NCBI GenBank assembly: GCA_958295715.1
Contig: OY282371.1
Location: 584,133-648,132 of the forward strand
Reading direction: 5' to 3'
DNA length: 64,000 nt
Source of the DNA: an uncultured Dehalococcoidia bacterium
GTDB taxonomy: Bacteria > Chloroflexota > Dehalococcoidia > Lucifugimonadales > GCA-2712585
In this document: positions 9,826-17,451 of the stretch, one piece after another
Numbering within the stretch: the first letter of the stretch is position 1
How the letters are laid out: each line of letters begins with the position of its first letter
Program-made: the position numbers and the translations under genes
Notes under the pieces: generated by a model
Seen by the model: the letters and a program-made list of their open reading frames with translations, nothing else
What the model was told of the DNA's origin: nothing
Databases searched by the model: none

Positions 9826-9846
9826 CCCCCCCCCCCCCCCCCCCCC
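9826..9846. repeat. homopolymeric C21 tract
   Basis: 21 consecutive C, counted directly, at the junction between the two duplicate copies. Confidence 0.97.
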
Positions 9847-9906
9847 GACCTGCGCCGCTAATTTCCTGGACTGCGACGCCAAAGGGCCCTAGACGGTAGC
9901 GGGGCG

Positions 9907-9915
9907 TGGTATAAT
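9907..9915 (+). promoter_or_regulatory. extended -10 promoter element (TGGTATAAT) of the glycosyltransferase gene
   Basis: TGgTATAAT lies 119 nt upstream of ATG 10034. Confidence 0.5.
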
Positions 9916-10033
9916 TCATGCCGTATCGTCATGCTCAAGCCCAACGGTCAATCAGCTTGAAGGCCCCAACCCTCACGGCTTCCTACAGCGCCGCTAACCA
10001 CGCGGCCGGCAGAGGGGTTTCCGTCCTGTATAG

Positions 10034-11047
10034 ATGGAATTCGTAAACCCCTCCACGGACGCTTCCCCAAAGACATCGGAACTGCCCTCTGTGTCGGTTA
10101 TCATGCCCGCCCGGAACTCGGAGACCTCCATCGCCGCCGCCCTCGACTCCATTATGGCCCAGGACTACGGCGGCCCCATGGAGGTCATAGTGGCCGACGG
10201 CTCCAACTCCCCGGCCACCTCCAAGCTCGTCCGGCGACATTACCCCTACGTGCGGTTGGTTCCCAACCCGTACCGCACCGCGTCCAACGGGCTGAACGCG
10301 GCGGTCAAGGCTTCCACCGGTCAAATCATCGTGCGCTGCGACGCCCACGCGGTCCTGCCGCCGGACTACGTCCGCCTGGCCGTGCAGACCATGACCAGGA
10401 CCGGGGCCGCCGTGGTGGGCGGGCGCCAGATACCCATCTGCTCTACCCCCTTTGAGCGCGCGGTGGGAATGGCCATCTCCACCCCTATGGGGGCAGGCGA
10501 CGCCCGCTACCGGCTGAGCCGCTCCGAAGGCCCCGTCGACACCGTATACCTGGGAGTGTTCCGGCGCGGCGCCTTTGAGGCCGTTGGGGGATTTGACCCC
10601 TGCCTGGTGAAGAGCCAGGACTCGGACTTGAACTGGCGGCTGCGCAAGGGCGGCGACACCATATGGCTTAACCCGGCCATCTCCGTCTTCTACCGGCCCC
10701 GCGGCGCCATCTCGGCCTTGGCCCACCAGTACTTCGAATATGGCCGTTGGAAGCCCGTGGTCCTGAGGCGAAACCCCTCCAACCTCAAGGCGCGCCATCT
10801 CGCCCCGCCCCTTCTAGTGTTGGGACTAGTGGCCTCGGTCATCCTTGGCGTGTTCCTAACGCCGGCCGCCGCCGCGCTGCTGCCACTCCTCTACGCCGCC
10901 GCGGCCCTCCTCGGGGCCTTGGCCATCGGCCTGCGCCGGCGCGACCCCGCCGCCCTTCTGCTGCCCCTCGTGCTGGTGACCATGCATCTGAGTTGGGGCG
11001 TCGGGTTCCTCATCCCCGCCCGGCCGGCCATTCCACCCCCCACCTAG
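10034..11047 (+). CDS. family 2 glycosyltransferase with C-terminal membrane segments
   Basis: 337 aa. GT-A N-terminus SVIMPARNSETSIAAALDSIMAQDY..EVIVADGSNS. The last ~80 aa are hydrophobic (LAPPLLVLGLVASVILGVFL..). Confidence 0.85.
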   Translation: MEFVNPSTDASPKTSELPSVSVIMPARNSETSIAAALDSIMAQDYGGPMEVIVADGSNSPATSKLVRRHYPYVRLVPNPYRTASNGLNAAVKASTGQIIVRCDAHAVLPPDYVRLAVQTMTRTGAAVVGGRQIPICSTPFERAVGMAISTPMGAGDARYRLSRSEGPVDTVYLGVFRRGAFEAVGGFDPCLVKSQDSDLNWRLRKGGDTIWLNPAISVFYRPRGAISALAHQYFEYGRWKPVVLRRNPSNLKARHLAPPLLVLGLVASVILGVFLTPAAAALLPLLYAAAALLGALAIGLRRRDPAALLLPLVLVTMHLSWGVGFLIPARPAIPPPT

Positions 11048-11104
11048 CGCTGCTTAGGTTCTCACCGGCCCGGCGGCTCCCGGCCGCCTGCCGCCCTTTC
11101 GCTT

Positions 11105-11355
11105 GGCATTCCCGCACTCACTCCCACCTGCATTCCCACGCCCCCCCTCGTCATTCCCGCGAAGGCGGGAATCCATCTTTCCCGATTCCCTGCTAACGCC
11201 ATCGTTTTCCTTTGAGAGACCGTCGGGTTGAGGCGGCAGGCTGGCCGAAGGCGTGAGAGCGACACATTGGCCGTTAGGGGTTGGGGCCTTACTGGATTCC
11301 CGTTTTCACGGGAATGACGGAAAGGAGGCGGGAATGACGGAAAGGCGGGAAAGGG
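11105..11355. repeat. mosaic intergenic repeat block (contains RS-B unit, reverse orientation)
   Basis: Hairpins at 11153-11172 and 11296-11315 (variant ATTCCCGTTTTCACGGGAAT). The segment between them is the reverse complement of 27555-27665. Confidence 0.88.
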
Positions 11356-11436
11356 GCGGGCGCTGGCGGGTAGGATGATGCGGGGCGGGTGGATGTGTAG
11401 TAATATGGGGGGCACCAACAGATAAAGGAGAACTGA

Positions 11437-11880
11437 ATGGCTGCGATTCGTCGTGCGGAGGTTACGTGGAACGGGGACCTGCTCGCCGGGAAGGGGGCGG
11501 TTACCGCCAGCGCCAGCAAGGCGTTCACCGGGATGCCCGTTACGTGGGCGGCTCGGACTAAGACGCCGGAGGGGCTCACCAGCCCCGAGGAGTTGGTGGC
11601 CGCGGCTCACGCCAGTTGCTACGCCATGGCCTTTTCCGCCGGCCTAGGCCAGGGTGGAACGCCGCCCGAAAAGCTGGAGGTGAGCGCCGAGGTCACCTTT
11701 GACAACGTGGACGGCGGTTGGCGGGTGGTGTCCAGCGCGCTGGAGGTCCGCGGGTGGGTGCCCAACATCAACATCGCGGCCTTCTCAAAGGCGGCGGAGG
11801 CGGCCAAGGACGGCTGTCCCATTTCTCAGGCATTGAAGGGGAACGTGGAACTGAGCGTCAAGGCCATCCTTATAGGATAG
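11437..11880 (+). CDS. osmC: OsmC family peroxiredoxin
   Basis: 147 aa with EELVAAAHASCYAMAF and KDGCPISQAL, the two conserved Cys contexts of OsmC. Confidence 0.9.
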   Translation: MAAIRRAEVTWNGDLLAGKGAVTASASKAFTGMPVTWAARTKTPEGLTSPEELVAAAHASCYAMAFSAGLGQGGTPPEKLEVSAEVTFDNVDGGWRVVSSALEVRGWVPNINIAAFSKAAEAAKDGCPISQALKGNVELSVKAILIG

Positions 11881-12257
11881 GCCGGCGCCGGGGCCCCGGC
11901 GTCTTCACCCGACCGGATTCCTTGGCTCCGTTATTCCCGTGCCCCGCTATGGAGGGCAGGGGGATGGCATCTCCCTCAAGGGAGGGGGGTAGCGCGATTA
12001 GGTGGGCCTTACGACCTTCTGGCCTCCCGCTTTCGGGGCATTGCGATTATGCGAAGGTCTACGAGAGGCGAGGGTGAAAAGAGGGGAGCGGCCATCGCCC
12101 TTGGCCCTTCCCGCCGGGAGGGTGGCGCTAAGGTAATAAGATTTGGTCTGAGGGACGCGCTAAGAGTTCCGGCAGAGGGGCAAGCGCAGGACCGTCCCAA
12201 CGTGTCCATAGGCGCGGGCCTGCGTAACGCGCGGCGCGCCAACGGCAAGGAGGCGAG

Positions 12258-14171
12258 GTGGTGACAATGGAAGCTATCAACCCTCTGGTGAGCAGGCGGC
12301 TCCGGGAAGGGGCCGAGGATCCCGAGGGGTTTTGGGAGCGGGCCGCCGAGGCGCTGCCCTGGTTTCGCCGGTGGGACCAGACCTTCCAGCCTGAGTCCCC
12401 GTCCTTCCGGTGGTACGCCGGCGGCATAACCAACCTGGGGCACAACTGCGTCGACGTCCACGCCCTTGGCGGCCGTGGCGGGCAGGCGGCCCTTATCTAC
12501 GTCAACGAGCGCGGGGAGCGGGCGGTTCTCACCTACGCCCAGCTATATCACCGGGTAAGGCAGGCGTCGGCGGCCCTGCGGGGCTTGGGCGTCGGCAAGG
12601 GAGACCGCGTCACCATCTACATGCCGCCCTGCCCCGAGTCCGTGGTCCTCATGCTCGCCGCCGTGCGCATTGGCGCCATCCACTCGGTGGTGTTCGCCGG
12701 GTTCGGGGCGGGGGCCTTGGGGGAACGTATAGCCGCCAGCGGCTCAAAGTTGACCTTCACTTGCGACGTGACCTACCGCAAGGGGGGAGAGATACCCTTG
12801 AAGGGAATAGTCGACGCGTCCCTGGAGGCGGCGGGCGTCCCCGGAGGGCGGGTCGTCGTGCTGGCCAGGAGCGGACGGGAGACGCCCATGACTCCCGGCC
12901 GGGACCTCACCTGGGACGAGTTCCTAGCCCGGTCGGAGGGCCAGCCTGACGGCCATGAGCCGGTCGAGTCCAACGAACCCGCCTTCATTCTTGCCACCTC
13001 CGGCACCACGGCCAAGCCCAAGCTGGTTGTGCACGCCCACGGCGGCTACCAGGTGGGGGTTCACGCCATGGGGGCCTGGTGCTTCGGCATGAAGCCCGAG
13101 GACGTTTGGTGGGCGACCTCCGACATCGGTTGGATTGTTGGGCACAGCTATATGGTGTACGGCCCCCTGCTGTACGGGTGCGCCACCGTTGTCTATGAGG
13201 GCGCGATGGACTATCCCACCCCCGACGCCCTCTGGCGCGTCGCCGAGGAGTTGGGTGTTACGGGAATTTTCACGTCGCCCACGGCGGTGCGGCTGCTGAC
13301 TCGATACGGCGAGGCGGCCAAGCCATCCTCCAAGCTGCCGTTGCTGGAGCGGGTGTTCTGCGCCGGCGAGACCCTGAATCCGCCGGCCTGGGAGTGGTTC
13401 CAAAAGGAGGCTTTAGGCGACAGGGCGCCGGTGATAGACCACTACTGGCAGACGGAGACCGGCGGGCCGGTGATTGGCAACCCCTACGGCATAGCGATGC
13501 TGCCCATTAAGCCCGGCTCGGCGGGGATACCCCTGCCCGGCGTGGAGGTTGGGGTGATGACCCCGGATGGCGTGGAGTGTGGCCCCGGCGAGAGGGGGAT
13601 ACTGGTCATCAAGCGTCCCTTCCCCAGCCTGACGCCCGCATTGTGGGGGGAGCCGGAGCGGTACGGCGATGACTACTGGAAGCGCATTCCCGGCAAAGAG
13701 GTCTACTTCGCCGGCGACTCGGCCTACGTGGACGAGGACGGTTACGTGTGGTTTGCGGGCAGGGCCGACGAGGTTATCAAGATTGCGGCCCATCGCATTG
13801 GCGCCGTTGAGGTGGAGTCGGCCCTGCTGACCCATTCCGGCGTGGCGGAGGCCGGGGTGACGGGTCGGCCCGACGAGGTGAGGGGGGAGGTCATCTCTGC
13901 CTTTGTGGTCCTAAAGAACGAACGAAGCCCGTCGGAGGCCCTGCGGCGGGAGATTCTCCAGACCTTGCGGGAACGCCTTGGCCCCATTGCCGTGGTGGGT
14001 GAACTGAACTTTGTGGAGGCGCTGCCCAAGACTCGCAGCGGCAAGATTATGCGCCGGGTGTTGAAGGCGGTTGTTCTGGACCAGGACCCCGGCGACGTGA
14101 CCACCATTGAGGAGGAGGGGTCCGTGGAGGAGGCGCGGCAGGCCTGGCGGCAGCTGCGGGGCGAGGGGTAG
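12258..14171 (+). CDS. AMP-forming acyl-CoA synthetase (acetate/propionate--CoA ligase family)
   Basis: 637 aa with ILATSGTTAKPKLVVH, WWATSDIGWIVGHSYMVYGPLLYG and LPKTRSGKIMRRVL. AAGGAGG precedes GTG 12258 and ATG 12267. Confidence 0.87.
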   Translation: MVTMEAINPLVSRRLREGAEDPEGFWERAAEALPWFRRWDQTFQPESPSFRWYAGGITNLGHNCVDVHALGGRGGQAALIYVNERGERAVLTYAQLYHRVRQASAALRGLGVGKGDRVTIYMPPCPESVVLMLAAVRIGAIHSVVFAGFGAGALGERIAASGSKLTFTCDVTYRKGGEIPLKGIVDASLEAAGVPGGRVVVLARSGRETPMTPGRDLTWDEFLARSEGQPDGHEPVESNEPAFILATSGTTAKPKLVVHAHGGYQVGVHAMGAWCFGMKPEDVWWATSDIGWIVGHSYMVYGPLLYGCATVVYEGAMDYPTPDALWRVAEELGVTGIFTSPTAVRLLTRYGEAAKPSSKLPLLERVFCAGETLNPPAWEWFQKEALGDRAPVIDHYWQTETGGPVIGNPYGIAMLPIKPGSAGIPLPGVEVGVMTPDGVECGPGERGILVIKRPFPSLTPALWGEPERYGDDYWKRIPGKEVYFAGDSAYVDEDGYVWFAGRADEVIKIAAHRIGAVEVESALLTHSGVAEAGVTGRPDEVRGEVISAFVVLKNERSPSEALRREILQTLRERLGPIAVVGELNFVEALPKTRSGKIMRRVLKAVVLDQDPGDVTTIEEEGSVEEARQAWRQLRGEG

Positions 14172-14178
14172 GGCGGGG

Positions 14179-14763
14179 CTAAGCCCGCGTCAGCTCGCCG
14201 CGCAGGTCCCTCGCCTGTTCCTGGATAGTCCGCCTTGGCGCGGCCATCTCCTGGGGCCGTTGGCCCGTGAGCCGGGGGTTGGGAACCAGCTTCACGCAGA
14301 CCATTACGGGGCCTGTCTGATTCAAGACCTCCTCGGCGCGGCTGGCGAACTCCTCCAAGTCTTCGAACTCGTAGGTGGCCGGATAGCCCGCGTCCTTGGC
14401 CAGACCGGTGAAGGAGATGACGTCTTTGCCGGGGATGGGCTGCCCGCCGGTGGTGGCGTACATGCCGTTTTCCAAAACAAAGTGGTAGAGGTTGCGGGGC
14501 TGGCTTGCGCCTATGGTGGCCAGGGTTCCCAGGTTCATCAGCAGGCTGCCGTCGCCGTCTAGGACGATGACCTTGGCCTCGGGCTGAGCCAGGCACACGC
14601 CAAGGGCGAAGGATGACCCCTTGCCCATAACGGTGGGGGAAAGGTCTCGCTTGGGGTTGGCGCTGACCTTGGGCCAGGCGACGCCGGCCCGCTCTACGGG
14701 AACGACCACGGCGTCGCCGCGGTGTCGCTGGATTACCTGCATCATCTGGGTCTGTTCAATCAT
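14179..14763 (-). CDS. thiamine-diphosphate-binding protein, sulfopyruvate/phosphonopyruvate decarboxylase beta-subunit-like
   Basis: 194 aa. TPP-binding motif VIVLDGDGSLLMNLGTLATIG..N. Length and layout resemble ComE. No alpha-subunit gene lies adjacent. Confidence 0.65.
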   Translation of the reverse strand: MIEQTQMMQVIQRHRGDAVVVPVERAGVAWPKVSANPKRDLSPTVMGKGSSFALGVCLAQPEAKVIVLDGDGSLLMNLGTLATIGASQPRNLYHFVLENGMYATTGGQPIPGKDVISFTGLAKDAGYPATYEFEDLEEFASRAEEVLNQTGPVMVCVKLVPNPRLTGQRPQEMAAPRRTIQEQARDLRGELTRA

Positions 14764-14875
14764 GGAGGACTCCTTGTGAGGCCCGGTTCGGGTGGGCCGG
14801 CGGGCTGGGTTGAGGCGAGTCTATAAGCGAGACGGGTTGCAGTCAAGGGCCGCCGGGCGCCGCTTCTCCGGTTCC

Positions 14876-15455
14876 GTCATTCCCGCGAAGGCGGGAATCC
14901 ATCCCCTCCCGTCCCTCGCCAGTGTTGCGCCGGCACAACCCGCACCACAGCGCCACACCCCCCTCGCCACCCGTCCGCCCGGCAAGGGGGTCCAGGCTCG
15001 CTAAAGTCAGGGCCTGTCATAGCGATGTAGCCTTCCTGGATTCCCGTGCAGGCGGGACTCCATCCCCTCCCGTCCCTCGCCAGTGTTGCGCCGGCACAAC
15101 CCGCACCACAGCGCCACCCCCCCCCCCCCCCCCCGCCACCCGTCCGCCCGGCAAGGGTCCAGTCTCGCTAAAGTCAGGGCCTGTCATAGCGATATAGCCT
15201 TCCTGGATTCCCGCCTACGCGGGAATGACGGAAAGGGGGGCGGGAATGACGGATGGGAAAGGCGGGAATGGCTGAAAGGGGGCGGGAATCCAGAAATCAC
15301 CAACGCTCTTCAAAACTTAAGTGGGCGCGCGCGCCCTTCCCGCCTGCGCGGGAATGGCTGAAAGGGGGGCGGGAATCCAGAAATCCCCAACGCTCCCCAA
15401 AACAAAAATGGGCGCACGCGCCCTTCCCGCCTACGCGGGAATGACGGATGGGGGG
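14876..15455. repeat. mosaic intergenic repeat block (two RS-C units, two reverse RS-A units)
   Basis: Hairpins at about 14879-14898, 15039-15058, 15206-15225, 15335-15354 and 15422-15441. RS-C is duplicated with a 161-bp period. RS-A palindromes GGGCGCGCGCGCCC and GGGCGCACGCGCCC are in minus orientation. Confidence 0.9.
15117..15134. repeat. homopolymeric C18 tract
   Basis: 18 consecutive C in the second RS-C copy, where the first copy (14957-14966) reads ACCCCCCTC. Confidence 0.97.
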
Positions 15456-15460
15456 GCGCT

Positions 15461-15489
15461 TTGACAGTCCCTAGCGGTTATGGTAGTAT
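15461..15489 (+). promoter_or_regulatory. sigma-70-type promoter of the DEAD-box helicase gene
   Basis: TTGACA (15461-15466), a 17-nt spacer, then TGgTAGTAT (-10 at 15484-15489). Confidence 0.6.
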
Positions 15490-15538
15490 GTTGCTAGTGT
15501 AGAAGACGGTGCTAGAGAAACAACGCAGGAACCACGTC

Positions 15539-15575
15539 GGGGCGCTCACCAGGGTGTGTTGCGCCCTTTCTTTAT
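15539..15575 (+). terminator. terminator-like hairpin inside the helicase leader (possible attenuator)
   Basis: GGGGCGC-15 nt-GCGCCC followed by TTTCTTTAT, about 50-85 nt downstream of the predicted transcription start site (TSS). Confidence 0.4.
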
Positions 15576-15797
15576 ACCGGGCTTGTCCACCAGTCCACTT
15601 TACCGGAGGCCCATCTCATTCTTCGCCCAGTAATTCGCAAGCTCACCGGGATACTGCCTAAAAGCAGCCCCAGCCCCACACCCTCGGCCACGGGGCCGGA
15701 GATTCGTAACCTAGCGCCCACGGAAACGGCAGAAAAGCCCCCTTCCCAGTCCACCCCTTCGCAATCTAACGCCGCCCGGACACAGGAGAAGCCGTCG

Positions 15798-17231
15798 ATG
15801 AACGGCGCCGGCTCTGCGGAGCGGCGTCCCTCCCGCAGGCGGCGTCGCCGTCGTCGTGGAAGGACGGGCGGCCCCGTTGCAGCCCCGTCCTCCAACGGCA
15901 GAGAGCGGCAGCCCAACGAAGCCCAAGAATCTCGTGGAAGGACGGGCGGCCCCGTTGCGGCCCCGTCCTCCAACGGCAGCGAGCGGCAGCCGGACGAGTC
16001 CAAAGAACCTCGCGGAAGGACGGGCGGGCCCGTTGCGGCCCCGTCCTCCAACGGCAGGGAGTGGCAGCCCGACGCCGCCCAAGAACCCCAGGCCCAAGAA
16101 CCCCAGGAAAGTTGGTTCGGCGGCATAAAGGTGTCAGGGCTGACGGCGAGGGCCTTGGAGTCCATGGGCTACCAGGAACCCACGTCCATACAGGGGGAGG
16201 TCATCCCCTTGGTCCAGTCTGGCCGCGACGTGGTGGGCCAGGCGCAAACGGGCACGGGCAAAACGGCGGCCTTCGGCATCCCCTTGGTTGAGATGCTGGA
16301 CCCGTCCTCCAGGGAGATTCAGGCCCTGGTACTCACGCCCACCCGCGAGTTGGCCATGCAGGTGCGAGAGGACCTGTTCCGCATAGGCCAGTACCGGGGC
16401 GTCAGGACCGTCGCCATCTACGGCGGCCAGGCCATGAGCCGCCAGTTGACGGCCCTTGAGCAGACCGCCCACATTGTGGTTGGAACGCCGGGCCGCCTGA
16501 TGGACCACATGGAGCGCGGCACGGTGCGGCTGGACCGGCTGAAAATCGCGGTTCTGGACGAGGCCGACCAGATGCTGGACATCGGCTTCGCGCCGGATAT
16601 CGAGTACATCCTCAGGCGCACGCCCCGCTCCCGCCAGACGCTGTTGTTTTCGGCCACCATGCCGGTCCCGATAAAGCGGCTGGCCAGCCGGTATCTGAAG
16701 TCGCCGGCCTGGGTGCGGGTGGGGGGAGACGCGGAGCCGGTGGACGAGGTGCAGCAGGTCTATTACGAGGTGTCGGAGCGGGAACGCCCGAGTCTGCTGG
16801 ATGAGTTGCTGCGCGACAAGAGCCGCATAACCCAGGCCCTGGTTTTCCGCAGGACTAGGATGGGAGTTGACCGGTTGGAGTCGTTCTTGAGACGCCGGGG
16901 CCACGATGCCCAGGCCATTCACGGCGACATGAGCCAGGCGCAGCGAAGCGCCGTGATGCGGCGCTTCCGGGCCAAGGAGCTTAGAACGCTGGTGGCCACC
17001 AACGTGGCGGCCCGGGGGCTGGACATTCCCGCCATATCTCACGTAATCAACTTCGACATGCCGGACAACCTGGAGGAGTACGTGCATCGCATCGGGCGCA
17101 CGGCCCGCATGGGGAAGACGGGTACGGCCATAATCTTCGTGTCGGAGTGGGACTTCCCCACGCTGGACCTCATCCAGGCCCACGTGGGCGACCACTTGAG
17201 GCCGGCGGACCCGCTGTCCCTACGCAGATAG
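15798..17231 (+). CDS. DEAD-box ATP-dependent RNA helicase with repetitive N-terminal extension
   Basis: 477 aa. GGAGAA RBS 7 nt before the ATG. Q-motif ..GYQEPTSIQ, AQTGTGKTAAF, VLDEADQML, SAT and HRIGRTAR. Confidence 0.92.
   Translation: MNGAGSAERRPSRRRRRRRRGRTGGPVAAPSSNGRERQPNEAQESRGRTGGPVAAPSSNGSERQPDESKEPRGRTGGPVAAPSSNGREWQPDAAQEPQAQEPQESWFGGIKVSGLTARALESMGYQEPTSIQGEVIPLVQSGRDVVGQAQTGTGKTAAFGIPLVEMLDPSSREIQALVLTPTRELAMQVREDLFRIGQYRGVRTVAIYGGQAMSRQLTALEQTAHIVVGTPGRLMDHMERGTVRLDRLKIAVLDEADQMLDIGFAPDIEYILRRTPRSRQTLLFSATMPVPIKRLASRYLKSPAWVRVGGDAEPVDEVQQVYYEVSERERPSLLDELLRDKSRITQALVFRRTRMGVDRLESFLRRRGHDAQAIHGDMSQAQRSAVMRRFRAKELRTLVATNVAARGLDIPAISHVINFDMPDNLEEYVHRIGRTARMGKTGTAIIFVSEWDFPTLDLIQAHVGDHLRPADPLSLRR
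15855..16088 (+). repeat. 3 x 78-bp in-frame tandem repeat within the helicase CDS
   Basis: Units at 15855-15932, 15933-16010 and 16011-16088 encode GRTGGPVAAPSSNG(R/S)E(R/W)QP... Each contains the inverted repeat GGACGGG..CCCGTCC. Confidence 0.95.
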
Positions 17232-17451
17232 GCCCGGCGGCGGGCGGGCGGCCCAAGTTGAAGCCTGCAAGTCCCATGTGCTAGACTCCCCTACGGCCGT
17301 TCACCCTTCCCGCTATGGCGCCTTTGAACAGTCGTCATTCCCGCGAGAACCCGTGGAGTTTAGCTTTGTGGGACCGTATGCCCTCCTCTAAGTCGCCTGC
17401 CGCGTGGAACTTTGCGAAGGCTCGCCGCGGGGTTGACGGCGTGATATCTCC

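Larger units (their letters stand above)
9539..9846 (+). pseudogene. degenerate duplicate of the GT2 promoter region plus an internally deleted 5' gene fragment
   Basis: 9539-9680 parallels 9847-9985, and 9681-9819 parallels 10131-10269 (..AAALDSIMAQDYGGPMEVIVADGSNSPATSKLVRRHYPYVRLVPNP). The copy lacks ~145 bp present in the full gene (9986-10130, which include its ATG) and carries several SNPs. It ends in AAATCA + C21. Confidence 0.75.

Noticed and set aside
9611-9892. 93-aa ORF (MPYSHAQAQRS..VRLVPNPNHPPPPPPPT..) as a small glycosyltransferase-related gene.
   Set aside because: It is the truncated, internally deleted duplicate of the GT2 5' region read through the C21 tract (poly-Pro). It lacks the catalytic domain. 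It is annotated as a pseudogene or duplication instead.
12009-12461. 150-aa minus-strand ORF in and upstream of the acyl-CoA synthetase start.
   Set aside because: It overlaps the well-supported synthetase N-terminus in antisense. Its composition is Pro/Arg/Leu-rich and there is no RBS.
15572-16165. 197-aa minus-strand ORF spanning the helicase leader and the N-terminal repeats.
   Set aside because: It is antisense to a well-supported start (RBS + ATG 15798). The repetitive translation merely mirrors the 78-bp repeats, and there is no RBS.
17335-17352. Isolated GTCATTCCCGCGAGAACCC half-site between the helicase gene and nadK, considered as a separate element.
   Set aside because: It is a single arm without a partner or RS unit. 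It is probably a decayed copy and too short to annotate as a feature.
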